A stretch of DNA of 64,000 bases from Halorutilales archaeon Cl-col2-1 (lineage in GTDB: Archaea; Halobacteriota; Halobacteria; Halobacteriales; Afararchaeaceae): positions 1,056,001 through 1,120,000 of the forward strand of contig CP169074.1 in the NCBI GenBank assembly GCA_041891055.1, in the 5' to 3' direction. The position numbers were made by a program, and so were the translations under genes. The notes below the pieces were generated by a model. The model had not been told where the DNA came from and did not search any database. It saw only the letters and a program-made list of their open reading frames with translations. Shown in pieces: positions 37,941-48,179 of this stretch (position 1 is its first letter; every line of letters begins with the position of its first letter).

Positions 37941-38465
37941 ATGAGTGATACTTCGTCGGAGTCGGCGTCAACGTCTACGTCTACTTCCGAAGACGGTTCG
38001 AGAAGACCCTATACTGAGAGTAGCGTCATAATGACGACTGTCCGTGTCCTAGCACCCTTCGTGATAACCTACGGACTCTTCGTGATGTTCCACGGAGCCG
38101 ACTCGTCGGGAGGAGGCTTCCAGGGAGGAGCGATAGTCGCCTCGATGGTGATACTCATCGGATTCGCGTACGGCATCTTTCCGACGATGAAGTGGTTCAC
38201 GAACACAGCCGTCGTAGTCTTAGCGACGGGAGGTGCTCTCGGCTTCGTCGCGATAGGACTCGGAGCTATCGTCTCGGGAGGAAGCTTCTTAGAGTACGCG
38301 GCGTATCCGATAGGTCACTCGTCGAAGTACGGCATAGAGGCTGTCGAACTCGGCATAGGAGGCGTGGTCGCGGGAGTCATATCGGGACTCTTCTTCGCCG
38401 TAGCACGTGGCTTCACCGAGAACGACAACGGGAACAGCCGAACCGACACGGAGGCAGAAAAATGA
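37941..38465 (+). CDS. mrpB: Mrp subunit B (MnhB domain)
   Basis: HG..S.GGGFQGG. Confidence 0.85.
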   Translation: MSDTSSESASTSTSTSEDGSRRPYTESSVIMTTVRVLAPFVITYGLFVMFHGADSSGGGFQGGAIVASMVILIGFAYGIFPTMKWFTNTAVVVLATGGALGFVAIGLGAIVSGGSFLEYAAYPIGHSSKYGIEAVELGIGGVVAGVISGLFFAVARGFTENDNGNSRTDTEAEK

Positions 38466-38824
38466 TAGATATACTACTCACACGGTACAGCTACATCGGA
38501 GGAGTCTTTCTGATAGCCAGTGGACTCTACCTCGTCGCGACCAACCCCAACTTAGTGAAGAAGATAATAGGCATGAATATCTTCCAGACGGGAATATTCC
38601 TCTTCTTCATATCGACGGCTTTCGTCGAGGGAGGGTCGGCACCCGTGATAACAGAAGGCGAGACGGCATTACACGTGAGTCCGCTCCCCCACGTACTCAT
38701 ACTCACCGCGATAGTAGTGGGGCTGAGTCTGACAGCCGTGGGTCTCGCACTCGTGGTACGTATCTACACCGAGTACGGCACTCTGAACGAGGACAGCATG
38801 AGGGAGATAGAAGCACATGACTGA
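38462..38824 (+). CDS. mrpC: Mrp antiporter subunit C
   Basis: NLVKKIIG.NI.Q, PLPHVLILTAIVVG; start ATG 38462. Confidence 0.9.
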   Translation: MIDILLTRYSYIGGVFLIASGLYLVATNPNLVKKIIGMNIFQTGIFLFFISTAFVEGGSAPVITEGETALHVSPLPHVLILTAIVVGLSLTAVGLALVVRIYTEYGTLNEDSMREIEAHD

Positions 38825-40304
38825 CTCAATACCTCTCGCGGTAGTAGTGCCCATAATCGGTGGGGTAGTCTCGCTCCTCGTGGGACTCCGGCGCGAGAAG
38901 TCGGGATGGGCGGTGAGTGTAGTCACCGTCTTAGCCGAGGCTGTCCTAGTCGTCGACATACTCACCTCGGTGGCTTCGGCGTCCGGGAGACGTGTGACCT
39001 ACCACGTCGGTGGCTTCGCTCCCCCCGCGGGGATAGAGCTGGTCGCCGACGGCTTCTCAGCATCGGTCGTGGCTCTCGTATCAGCCGTAGCACTCGGCTT
39101 CTTAGCCTACTCACGTGAGTCCGACCGCGGTAACGCCTTCTACACAGCCTTCCTGGTTCTCGTGGGGGGGCTTTCGGGATTCGTCCTGACGGGCGACCTC
39201 TTCAACATGTACGTCTTCTTAGAGATAACGGGTCTCACAGCCTACGCACTCGTAGCAAGCGGTGACTCGCCGAGAAGCGCGGTAGCGAGTCTCAAGTACC
39301 TCGTAGTCGGAACGGTAGGAGCCTCACTCTTCCTCTTAGGCGTGGGGTATCTCTATATCGCTACGGGGACACTCAACATGGTCGACCTCTCGGAGAGGAT
39401 TGCGGATTTCGGATACTCGTCACGTCTCGTGGTATCCGGATTCGGTCTGATACTCACGGGTCTCTTAGTCAAGGCAGCAATCTTCCCTCTCCACACGTGG
39501 CAGCCCGACGCCTACGCCGAGTCGCCCGACAGCGTCTCGGCTCTCATCTCGGCACTTGTCTCGACCGCGGCGGTCTATGGACTCGCCCGGGTTATCTATA
39601 CGGTCTTCACGGTAGATTTCTTCGAGGCTGTACCCGTCGCACGTGACGTGGTACTCTACTTAGCCTCGGTGAGTATCGTCGCCGGCAGCGTCCTGGCGGT
39701 TCTCCAGACGGATATCAAACGTATGCTCGCATACTCGTCGGTCTCCCAGTACGGACTCATAGTCGCTGGATTCGTGATGGGAACCAAACAAGCCGCAGTA
39801 GGAGGTCTCATCTACCTTCTGGGACACGCCGTCCTCAAGGGCGGTGCCTTCGCCGCCGCTGGTGCCGTAGCCGCCGAGACCGGGGACAGAAAGGTCGACG
39901 AGTACGCGGGTCTCTTCGGGCGGTCTCGTGTCACAGCCGTGGGACTTGGGGTTATAGCTATGGGTCTGATAGGAGTCCCGCCAGGACCCGGCTTCGTCGG
40001 AAAGTGGTACATAGTCGTGGGGGCAGTCGAGACGGGGTCGTGGGTGGTCGCGGGAGTGATACTCGTGAGTACAGTCCTCTCGCTCGCTTACCTCGCACGC
40101 ATAGTCGAACGTGTCTTCTTCGCGGGCAGAGATACAACTGACGCACCAACCGGAGCCGCGGCAGACGGCGGGTCTCCCGGAGGAGCGTCGACAGGAATGG
40201 TAGCCGTCGTCGTCACCGCGGCAGTCGTCGGCATGGCTCTCGGACCTATGGGAACCGTAGTCGAGAGCTTCGCGGATCCCGTACTTACGGAGGTGTTCGG
40301 ATAA
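38817..40304 (+). CDS. mrpD: Mrp subunit D-like antiporter subunit 1
   Basis: GDLFNMYVFLEI, KAA.FPLH.W.PDAY, KR.LAYSS. Confidence 0.88.
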   Translation: MTDSIPLAVVVPIIGGVVSLLVGLRREKSGWAVSVVTVLAEAVLVVDILTSVASASGRRVTYHVGGFAPPAGIELVADGFSASVVALVSAVALGFLAYSRESDRGNAFYTAFLVLVGGLSGFVLTGDLFNMYVFLEITGLTAYALVASGDSPRSAVASLKYLVVGTVGASLFLLGVGYLYIATGTLNMVDLSERIADFGYSSRLVVSGFGLILTGLLVKAAIFPLHTWQPDAYAESPDSVSALISALVSTAAVYGLARVIYTVFTVDFFEAVPVARDVVLYLASVSIVAGSVLAVLQTDIKRMLAYSSVSQYGLIVAGFVMGTKQAAVGGLIYLLGHAVLKGGAFAAAGAVAAETGDRKVDEYAGLFGRSRVTAVGLGVIAMGLIGVPPGPGFVGKWYIVVGAVETGSWVVAGVILVSTVLSLAYLARIVERVFFAGRDTTDAPTGAAADGGSPGGASTGMVAVVVTAAVVGMALGPMGTVVESFADPVLTEVFG

Positions 40305-41920
40305 TGTCAGAGGTAGAGTCCCTACGTCCGATAGCAGCAGTTCTCGTATCGGGGTTAGCTATTCCGGTCATACTCGCACTGAGCGACAGACCTAACCTGC
40401 GTGAGGCAGCCACTGTGGTCGTCGCAGTCGCGAAGGTGAGTGTAGTCGGAAGCATGGTACCCGGTGTACTCGGAGGCTCGGTTTACACGACCGACCTCGG
40501 AGAGTTAGCCACAGGGATCGGATTCGTCCTGCGTGTCGACGCACTCGGACTCGTCTTCGGTCTACTCGCGAGCTTCCTGTGGGTGGTCACGAGCTTCTAC
40601 AGCATCGGATACATGCGTGGACTCGACGAGGGGTCACAGACACGTTACTTCGCCTTCTTCGCCGCGAGCCTCAGCAGCGCGATAGGTGTGGCGTTCTCCG
40701 CCAACCTCGTGACCCTCTTCGTCTTCTACGAGGTTCTGACGGTCTCGACTTACCCACTTGTCACACACGACGAGGACGCCGAGGCGCGCAGAGCCGGAAG
40801 GAAGTACCTCGCGTACACCTTCTCAGGGGGTATCGCTGTCTTAGCCGGAACCGTCCTCGTACAGTCGATCGCGGGGACGACGGCGTTCAGTCCGGGAGGG
40901 ATAGAGGGACTCGCGACAGCAGATCCCGCTTTAGCGCGTCTCGGCTTCGGTCTCCTCGCGGGTGGCTTCGGTGTCAAGGCAGCCCTGATGCCTCTCCACT
41001 CGTGGCTCCCCGACGCGATGGTGGCTCCGACCCCCGTCTCGGGGCTCCTCCACGCCGTCGCAGTCGTCAAGAGCGGCGTCTTCGGAATAGCACGCGTCAC
41101 ACTCGACGTCTACGGTCCCGGTGCAGTGAGGGAGCTCGGAGTGGGTCTGCCACTCGCGGCGGTCGCGGCGTTCACGATCATAGCCGCGAGCCTGATAGCA
41201 CTCCGCCAGGACAACCTCAAGCGGCGTCTCGCGTACTCGACGATCAGCCAGCTCTCGTACATAGTCCTGGGTCTCGGCGTGATGTCGGGTAGCTCTGTCG
41301 TCGGCGGGCTTCTCCATATCCCCGCACACGCATTCATGAAGCTCACACTCTTCTTCTGCGCGGGGGTGATACACGTCGAGACACACACGGACGACATATC
41401 CGACATGGCAGGGATCGGTAGACGTATGCCCGTGACGATGACTGCGTTCGCGGTCGCTTCGGCGGGGATGGCAGGGATTCCGCTCGTGGCGGGATTCGTG
41501 AGCAAGTGGTACCTACTGATAGGAAGCCTCAACGCGGGACAGACGGTCTTCGCTCTCGCGCTTCTCGTCTCCGGAATGTTAAACATCGCCTACTTCTGGC
41601 CCATAGTCTACCAGGCTTTCTTCGAGACTCGTGACGACCACGACGAAAAGCCCCTGATAGAGGGCAGCTACGGAGGCAGAGAACAAGCCACCGACGGAGG
41701 ACAGACGGATCACGACGACGACCGCGACTACGATCACGGTCAGAGTCACACAGGCGGCTGGGAGAAACGAGGCTGGCGCGGCGACGAGTCGACGTGGTTC
41801 ATGCTGGGTCCGGTCGTGACTGCGGCAGTCGGAGCGGTCGGTCTCGGGGTCGCTCCCGCGGCGTTCGTCTTCCTGCGTCTCGTGAGTAAGGTCGCCGCGG
41901 ACGTGGGGGTGATGGGATGA
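40304..41920 (+). CDS. Mrp subunit D/A-like antiporter subunit 2
   Basis: FYE.LT..TYPL, KAALMPLHSWLPDAM.APTPVS.LLH, LKRRLAYST. Confidence 0.88.
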   Translation: MSEVESLRPIAAVLVSGLAIPVILALSDRPNLREAATVVVAVAKVSVVGSMVPGVLGGSVYTTDLGELATGIGFVLRVDALGLVFGLLASFLWVVTSFYSIGYMRGLDEGSQTRYFAFFAASLSSAIGVAFSANLVTLFVFYEVLTVSTYPLVTHDEDAEARRAGRKYLAYTFSGGIAVLAGTVLVQSIAGTTAFSPGGIEGLATADPALARLGFGLLAGGFGVKAALMPLHSWLPDAMVAPTPVSGLLHAVAVVKSGVFGIARVTLDVYGPGAVRELGVGLPLAAVAAFTIIAASLIALRQDNLKRRLAYSTISQLSYIVLGLGVMSGSSVVGGLLHIPAHAFMKLTLFFCAGVIHVETHTDDISDMAGIGRRMPVTMTAFAVASAGMAGIPLVAGFVSKWYLLIGSLNAGQTVFALALLVSGMLNIAYFWPIVYQAFFETRDDHDEKPLIEGSYGGREQATDGGQTDHDDDRDYDHGQSHTGGWEKRGWRGDESTWFMLGPVVTAAVGAVGLGVAPAAFVFLRLVSKVAADVGVMG

Positions 41921-43692
41921 GTCTGACAGCCGTACCCCCCGGAATCGTCGTACTACTCGCGGCTGTGGTAGTCGCACTCCCACGTCTCGACAGACGTCTC
42001 GGACACGGAATAGGCGCGGCGGCGACCCTCGGCTCGGTGGCGTGGATAGCCAGTCTTCCGTCGGGAAGATTCTTGGATGTGACCTTCCTCGGCTTCGACG
42101 CTGTGCTCTTCAACGTCGACGGCTTCTCACGTCTGATGGGTCTGATCTTCGCCTTCATAGGCGGGGTCGGAGTGATCTACTCTTACTCGACCGATGCCGA
42201 CAACAGACAGACCGCCTTCGCGCTGTCGTACGTCGGCACGAGCCTGGGTGCCGTGTTCGCGGGCGACTGGCTCACATTCGTCTTCTTCGTCGAGCTAATG
42301 GGGGTCGCCTCGACCCTCCTGGTCTGGCACTACGGCGGTAAAGCAGTCAGGGCGGGCTTTAGATACGCCCTCTGGCACGGTCTCGGCGGAAGCCTCATAC
42401 TCGCGGGGATAGTCTGGCACTACGTCGAGGTGGGTTCGTTTGTCTTCGGTGCCTACGAAGGCATCTATCCTGGAATACCCGCCGCACTCTACGCGATAGG
42501 ATTCGGAGTCAATGTCGGGTACGTCGGTCTCCACGTCTGGCTCCCCGACACCTATCCGCGTCCCCACATAGCCGCGAGCGTCTTCCTGTGTGTCTACACC
42601 ACGAAGACGGGAGTCTACGGTCTCGCGCGGGGATTCCCCGACGGACATCTCTGGATAGCCTACATGGGAGGTGCGATGGCTGTCTACGGAGCCTTCTCGG
42701 CGCTCCTCCAGGACGACATGAGACGTCTCCTGTCGTACCACATAGAGTCACAGGTCGGATACATGGTCGCAGGGGTCGGTGTCGGAACCGCACTCTCGAC
42801 CGCGGGGGCGTTCGCACACGTCTTCAACCACATACTCTACAAGGCACTCCTCTTCATGTGCGCCGGAGCCATAATCTACAAGACTGGAGAGGGGAGACTC
42901 AAGAAGCTCGGAGGTCTGAGGAGCGAGATGCCACTCACAGGAGTCATATTCGGCGTAGCCGCGCTCTCTATAGCCGGCTTCCCCGGATTCAACGGCTTCG
43001 TGAGTAAGGGCATGGTTATGACAGCAGCCCACCACGAACATCTCAACGTACTCTGGTACCTCCTCCTCTTAGGCGGTGTGGGTACATTCATGTCGTTCAT
43101 CAAGTTCGGCTACTACGCCTTCTTCCACGGAGACGACGGCTCTCCGACAGTCGAGGTCAGGGAGCTAAGCCTCGGACAGAAGACTGCGATGGGTTCGGTC
43201 GCCGCACTCTGTGTCATATACGGAGTCTACCCCGACGCACTCTTCGGTATACTCCCGGGAACCGGAGCCTCAGAGGCACATCCATTCACCACGAGCCACA
43301 TACTCGAAGGCTTAGGGCTCGCCGGAGCGGGTCTCGTGGGATTCGTCGTCGTCAAGAAGCCGCTGTCGAAGGTAGGTAGGGTTAGCGACATCGACGCAGT
43401 CTACAACCGCGCCATCTTCTACGGAACACGTAGCGCTGTGGTGGCTCTGACAGGGGTGTACGCGTGGGTTGACTCGGTGGTCGTCGAAGTAGTGGAAACC
43501 GGCGTGAAAAAACGGAGTGATCCGTCGCGGATCATCGCCAGGATAGTTCCATGGGTGAACTACTCCGAGGCAGCCGAGGAGTTCGACGACGGAGGGGTCA
43601 GACGTCTTCTGAGAGCGGGCATAGGAGACGCAACACTGATAGCCATCGCGGTTCTCACGGCGGTTCTCGTACTCCTCGGGATCAGCCTTTAG
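41917..43692 (+). CDS. Mrp subunit D-like antiporter subunit 3
   Basis: LHVWLPDTYP, TKT.VY, RRLLSYHI.SQVG, HILYKALLFM. Confidence 0.88.
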   Translation: MSLTAVPPGIVVLLAAVVVALPRLDRRLGHGIGAAATLGSVAWIASLPSGRFLDVTFLGFDAVLFNVDGFSRLMGLIFAFIGGVGVIYSYSTDADNRQTAFALSYVGTSLGAVFAGDWLTFVFFVELMGVASTLLVWHYGGKAVRAGFRYALWHGLGGSLILAGIVWHYVEVGSFVFGAYEGIYPGIPAALYAIGFGVNVGYVGLHVWLPDTYPRPHIAASVFLCVYTTKTGVYGLARGFPDGHLWIAYMGGAMAVYGAFSALLQDDMRRLLSYHIESQVGYMVAGVGVGTALSTAGAFAHVFNHILYKALLFMCAGAIIYKTGEGRLKKLGGLRSEMPLTGVIFGVAALSIAGFPGFNGFVSKGMVMTAAHHEHLNVLWYLLLLGGVGTFMSFIKFGYYAFFHGDDGSPTVEVRELSLGQKTAMGSVAALCVIYGVYPDALFGILPGTGASEAHPFTTSHILEGLGLAGAGLVGFVVVKKPLSKVGRVSDIDAVYNRAIFYGTRSAVVALTGVYAWVDSVVVEVVETGVKKRSDPSRIIARIVPWVNYSEAAEEFDDGGVRRLLRAGIGDATLIAIAVLTAVLVLLGISL

Positions 43693-44663
43693 CTACCTTC
43701 GTCGTTGGGATGTATGTAAGACCGTCCGACTATTCCTCCGAGGAGTACCTCCTTGAGACAGAGCTGGTCGTCGGCGTCTCCCCGTGCTACCTCGACACGT
43801 CTCTGTGTAGCCTGGAAGTAGTTGACAGCAGTGACGAGGAGGACACCGCCGAGTGTGTTACCCATGAGAACGGGAAGCACAAATCCCGAGAAGCCGGTTA
43901 CGAACTGTATGTGTCCTTCGAGGACTAAGAAGACCATCTCGGTAAACGAGACGACGACGTGGAACAGGTTGCCCGAGGGTATCGCTAGGAAGCCCATGTA
44001 GATTATCACGAGACGTGAGACAGTGTCACGTGCCGCGAAGTCGATCCAGACGACACCCGCGACTATGAATCCCGCGAAGACCGCCTTGTAGAAGAGATCC
44101 CAGAAGGGCGTCTCTATCCCCTTCATCGCTATGTCGACAGCCGCCGAAGCCGTCGACGGGTCGAAGACTCCCGTCTGCGAAAGTAGAACCGCACCCGCGG
44201 CTCCGCCTATGAAATTGGCTACGAGAACCACGACCCAGACACGGAGGAGGGCGGGTATGCTAGCCAGACGTTCGAGGACAAGTGCGACGGGAGGAAGCGT
44301 GTTCTCGGTGAAAAGCTGGTACCTTCCGAGGATTATGAAGACGAATCCGAGAGGGTATAGGATGACGCTTGCCACGGGATGACCCCCGGTGCTGTCGTAC
44401 ATCGACGAGTAGAGCATGAAGGTGAGTGTGATAGAGAAGCCCGCCGCGAGACCGCTGAAGAAGAGCTCACGTAAGCCCGTGTCTATCTCATGGTCTGCGT
44501 CAGCGAGTATACGCTGGAAGACCTCGTCGGTCTCGAACCTGTCGCGCACTACGGCTCCCGCAGCAGGGGCTCCCGACTGTGACCTTTCGACAGCCTTACG
44601 CACCGACTCACCTGGGTCTCCGTCGTCAGATCCAGAAGAAGTATCAGAAGACGAGTTATCCAT
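43689..44663 (-). CDS. Formate/nitrite transporter (FNT) family channel
   Basis: YPLGF......YQLFTENT, N..GG, HVV, GN.LGG. Confidence 0.88.
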   Translation of the reverse strand: MDNSSSDTSSGSDDGDPGESVRKAVERSQSGAPAAGAVVRDRFETDEVFQRILADADHEIDTGLRELFFSGLAAGFSITLTFMLYSSMYDSTGGHPVASVILYPLGFVFIILGRYQLFTENTLPPVALVLERLASIPALLRVWVVVLVANFIGGAAGAVLLSQTGVFDPSTASAAVDIAMKGIETPFWDLFYKAVFAGFIVAGVVWIDFAARDTVSRLVIIYMGFLAIPSGNLFHVVVSFTEMVFLVLEGHIQFVTGFSGFVLPVLMGNTLGGVLLVTAVNYFQATQRRVEVARGDADDQLCLKEVLLGGIVGRSYIHPNDEGS

Positions 44664-44725
44664 ATGCGGAATACTCCTCAGTCCACCAAAAGGGTTGTTC
44701 TCTGCTGTTTGAGTTAGTTGCGTTA

Positions 44726-44801
44726 CGGGCCGGACGGGATTTGAACCCGTGGTCCTCGGGTTAAAAGCCCGATGCTTTAAGCCAGGCTAAGCTACCGGCC
44801 C
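44726..44801 (-). tRNA. tRNA-Lys (UUU)
   Basis: Cloverleaf with GGGCCGG/CCGGCCC acceptor, TCGGG-CTTTTAA-CCCGA anticodon arm and ACGGG-TTCAAAT-CCCGT T arm. Confidence 0.95.
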
Positions 44802-44849
44802 ATATCCACATTGAATTATAGACTACGCCTGCTTTTCTTTCTTTCTGTT

Positions 44850-45893
44850 CTACACAACCACGGCGTCGGAGGGATCGAACTCGACTGTGACCTCGTCTCC
44901 CTCGTCTATCCCGCTCGGGAGGTCGGTCTTCGCTCTGAGGCTGAGACGTTCGGAGTCGCCACAGTCGAGGAAGACTGTCTTCGATCCCCTCTCTGGTACG
45001 ATACGTTCGACGACGCAGCCGACGGGATTTACCGACCGGCGTCCGCCGTCGCTCGTTGTTTCAGCGACCCTGAGTGACTCGGAGGGGACACCGACGGAGA
45101 CATCCGATCCGGGGTTCGGCGTCTGGGTAGTGTCGACCTCAACCTCCGCCACGTCTATGTCGACGACTGCCCGGTCGTCATAAGTCGCTGTGATCTCTCC
45201 GTCTATCAGGTTATCTATTCCAACGAAGTCAGCGACGAACTCGTTACGCGGAGAGTCAAGTATCTCATCGTAACTCCCCTGCTGAACAACGTCGCCGTCC
45301 CTCATCACGACTACCGAGTCGGCGACTACGGACGCCTCATTCTGGTCGTGTGTGACGTAGACACACGGTATTTCGAGGTCGGTGAGGACGCGTCTGAGCT
45401 CGTACCTGAGGCGTCGGCGTATCGGCTCGTCGAGACCCGTAGTCGGCTCGTCGAGGAGGAGTGCGTCGGGATCAGCCACAATCGCTCTGACGACTGAGAC
45501 ACGTCTCTTCTCGCCTCCTGAGAGGGTCTCCGGAGACCTTTCCGACTCGAATAGAGACTCTATCTCAAGCAGGTCACACAGCTGACGTATCTCCTCGGTC
45601 TCGAACTCGGCTCCGTACTCTATGTTCTGCCTTACGGAGAGATGAGGGAAGAGAGTGGGTCTCTGGAAGACAGTTCCGACGTTCCGATCCTCGGGCGCGA
45701 GTCCGTCGAGACGTCTGCCACCGAGGGTTACCGACCCCGAGTCGGGGGTCTCGAACCCCGCGATTATCTCCAGAAGTGTCGACTTCCCGCTCCCGCTTGG
45801 TCCTATGACGGCTGTGACGCCGTCGGTGAGGTCGAGGTCGGCACCCAGACTGAAGCCATCGTACTCCTTGGTTACGTCTTCGAGGCTTATCAT
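44850..45893 (-). CDS. wtpC: W/Mo ABC transporter ATPase with TOBE domains
   Basis: GPSGSGKST, LSGGE, LLLDEP, VTHD. Confidence 0.85.
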   Translation of the reverse strand: MISLEDVTKEYDGFSLGADLDLTDGVTAVIGPSGSGKSTLLEIIAGFETPDSGSVTLGGRRLDGLAPEDRNVGTVFQRPTLFPHLSVRQNIEYGAEFETEEIRQLCDLLEIESLFESERSPETLSGGEKRRVSVVRAIVADPDALLLDEPTTGLDEPIRRRLRYELRRVLTDLEIPCVYVTHDQNEASVVADSVVVMRDGDVVQQGSYDEILDSPRNEFVADFVGIDNLIDGEITATYDDRAVVDIDVAEVEVDTTQTPNPGSDVSVGVPSESLRVAETTSDGGRRSVNPVGCVVERIVPERGSKTVFLDCGDSERLSLRAKTDLPSGIDEGDEVTVEFDPSDAVVV

Positions 45894-46714
45894 CGGCTCA
45901 TCCCTAGAGTCTTTCCGAAGTATCTTATACCCACGACAGCCGTGAGCCCCACAGACGCGAGTATCACTACGATAGGAAGTGTCGCGAAGACACCTCTCGA
46001 CATGAATGTGACCCAGATCTGTGTCGGCATAGTGTGGGGGTTGTAAGCCGTCATCATAGTGGCGCCGAACTCGCCGAGTGACCGCGCGAAGGTCAGGACG
46101 ACACCCGCGAGTATGTTTCCGCTCGCCAGCGGAAGCGAGACCCGGAAGAATGTCTCGACGGGCCCCTTACCGAGACTCCTCGAAGCCCTCTCGTACTCCT
46201 CTACGGAGTCGAAGCCCGCACGCGATGTTATGACGACAAAGGGCGACGCCACGAAGGTCTGTGCGACTACTATTCCGACGTACGAGTTCGTGAGGCTAAC
46301 GCCGAATGCGTTCGCTATGCTTCCGATGGGAGTGAAGCTACCGAAGCCCGTGAGGAGCATCACACCTCCAACGACGGGCGGGAGAACCAGCGGAAGAACG
46401 ACGACCGACTCGACGAGTAGCTTACCCTTGAACTCCGACCGTGAGAGGAAGTAGGCGAGAGGCACACCGAAGAAGGTGGCGAGTGCGGTCGAGACGGGCG
46501 CAGTCGTGAGAGAGTACCTCACCGAGGAGACGACATCGGAACGCGTGAAGTCGGCGAGCGAGACTCCGTGTGCCCCAGCGAAGAAGGTCACGAAGGGATA
46601 GAGTATATAGACTGCTAAGATACCGCCGAGTAGACCGAAGAGGGCGTAGTCACCGTCGAAGACTGATACTCCTACCAGAGACCCATCTCTTTCTCTCTCT
46701 TGTCTCTGACTCAC
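45890..46714 (-). CDS. wtpB: W/Mo ABC transporter permease
   Basis: LPLVLPP.V.G, E.ASRSLG, FARSLGEFGAT. Confidence 0.85.
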   Translation of the reverse strand: MSQRQERERDGSLVGVSVFDGDYALFGLLGGILAVYILYPFVTFFAGAHGVSLADFTRSDVVSSVRYSLTTAPVSTALATFFGVPLAYFLSRSEFKGKLLVESVVVLPLVLPPVVGGVMLLTGFGSFTPIGSIANAFGVSLTNSYVGIVVAQTFVASPFVVITSRAGFDSVEEYERASRSLGKGPVETFFRVSLPLASGNILAGVVLTFARSLGEFGATMMTAYNPHTMPTQIWVTFMSRGVFATLPIVVILASVGLTAVVGIRYFGKTLGMSR

Positions 46715-47640
46715 GGAATCACCTCTTCGGGAACCTCGCCCTTCTCTATCGGGAATCTGTCGTCGACTATGAGTCCGTTCTCCCTGAGGACGTCCGAGTT
46801 CTGGAGAAGATACTTTATGAAACGTCTTCCGTTGTCGGGACTGTCGGCGTCTTCGAGCACGGTGGCGTTGTAGAGAACGGGTGTTCCCTGGATAGTCTTG
46901 CCCTTGTCTGTGGTGTACTCGGCGCTCGCGTAATGGTCGGCGTACTCGGGGTTCGAGAAGTTTAACTCGTCGGGGAGAGAGACGAAGGGCAGACCGTGGT
47001 CGACCGCCATGTTCTTATAACAGACTGCGGCGGCTCTGTCGCCTGTCTCTATGCTCGCCAAGAGATGTGCCTCCTGGGGGTCGACTACGAGACGGTCTGT
47101 GAGGTCCTCAGTGAGACCGTCGACTCCGTAGTAATCCTCGGCTAGCTTGAACATCTGGACAGTCCTGTACCCGAGGGGATCGAGGTCGGGGTCACTCCTC
47201 GCAATCTCAGAGTCAGCTTCGGCGAGTGCCTCGTACCACGGATCGCCGTCTTCGAGCCTCTTGCCGACCTCAGTCTCGGGGTTGTACGTGATACCGACCG
47301 AGTTAGACGCGAAGACGACATCCCACGTCGCGTAGTCGGGCTTGAGTTCGTCACGCAGGAGATATGCGTCGGCACTCGCGGCGACGTCGGGTGACTTCTG
47401 TCCCGAGGTTATGAAACGCATCACAGCGTTCGATCCGTGGAACTCGCTCTGGAACTCTATACCCGTCTCCTTCTCGAAAGACTCGCCTATATTTTCACCG
47501 AGTATCACCGAGAGGCTGCCTGCCGAGAGAAGATAGACGTCTCCCGCCGAACTCGACCCACCTCCCGCACCCGTCGTACATCCCGCGAGACCCGTAGCCG
47601 CCGTGGCTCCAGCAGTTTTGAGGAAACTCCTTCTGTCCAT
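46711..47640 (-). CDS. wtpA: WtpA-type tungstate/molybdate-binding Tat lipoprotein
   Basis: MDRRSFLK...LAGC Tat/lipobox signal; AGSL, SAD, DPDLDPLGYR, PQE; start ATG 47640. Confidence 0.85.
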   Translation of the reverse strand: MDRRSFLKTAGATAATGLAGCTTGAGGGSSSAGDVYLLSAGSLSVILGENIGESFEKETGIEFQSEFHGSNAVMRFITSGQKSPDVAASADAYLLRDELKPDYATWDVVFASNSVGITYNPETEVGKRLEDGDPWYEALAEADSEIARSDPDLDPLGYRTVQMFKLAEDYYGVDGLTEDLTDRLVVDPQEAHLLASIETGDRAAAVCYKNMAVDHGLPFVSLPDELNFSNPEYADHYASAEYTTDKGKTIQGTPVLYNATVLEDADSPDNGRRFIKYLLQNSDVLRENGLIVDDRFPIEKGEVPEEVIP

Positions 47641-47678
47641 GCTACACAAACACACGTGATTAACCTTAAAGCTTATTT

Positions 47679-47694
47679 TAAACAAAACTGTTTA
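47679..47694. promoter_or_regulatory. Candidate Tfx operator TAAACA-N4-TGTTTA
   Basis: Palindrome in the 60-bp divergent wtpA/tfx gap. Confidence 0.5.
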
Positions 47695-47700
47695 TACACC

Positions 47701-48120
47701 ATGGACGCCGACTCGACGGTACTCACCCAGAGACAGATAGAGGTTCTGCGACTACGTGAGGAGGGACTGACACAGGAGGAGGTCGCCGAAGAGCTCGGGA
47801 CTACGGCGGCGAACGTGAGCGCGGTCGAGTCCGCGGCGCGTGACAACATAGAGAAGGCTCGTCGGACGCTAGAAGTCGCACGTCTCCTCAGGTCGCCCGC
47901 GAGCGTGACAGCCGAGGAGGGAACCGACATACGTGACCTCGTCGACGAGGTATACGAGAAAGGCGACGAAACAGGAGTAAAGATAGAGTACTGTGAGCCC
48001 GAGCTATACAGTCATCTCTACGAACATCTCAGACGCGAGAACGTAGTCGACGGCAGGAGCCTCGTCTCGGATGTCGAGGTCGGTATCACTCGTGAGGGTG
48101 AGGTCAAGATTCACGTCTGA
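47701..48120 (+). CDS. tfx: Tfx-family DNA-binding protein
   Basis: LT.RQ.EVL.LRE.G.TQ.EVA..LGTT.ANVS..E..AR.NI.KAR.TL. Confidence 0.88.
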   Translation: MDADSTVLTQRQIEVLRLREEGLTQEEVAEELGTTAANVSAVESAARDNIEKARRTLEVARLLRSPASVTAEEGTDIRDLVDEVYEKGDETGVKIEYCEPELYSHLYEHLRRENVVDGRSLVSDVEVGITREGEVKIHV

Positions 48121-48179
48121 GAAGACACGAGGCGGTGGAGTTATGTTAGATTATAGACCATGTGTAGACGTGAAGTGAC

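Noticed and set aside
44726-44801. tRNA-Lys as an integration site for the Mrp/FNT block
   Set aside because: I saw no repeat of its 3' end, no integrase and no compositional shift.
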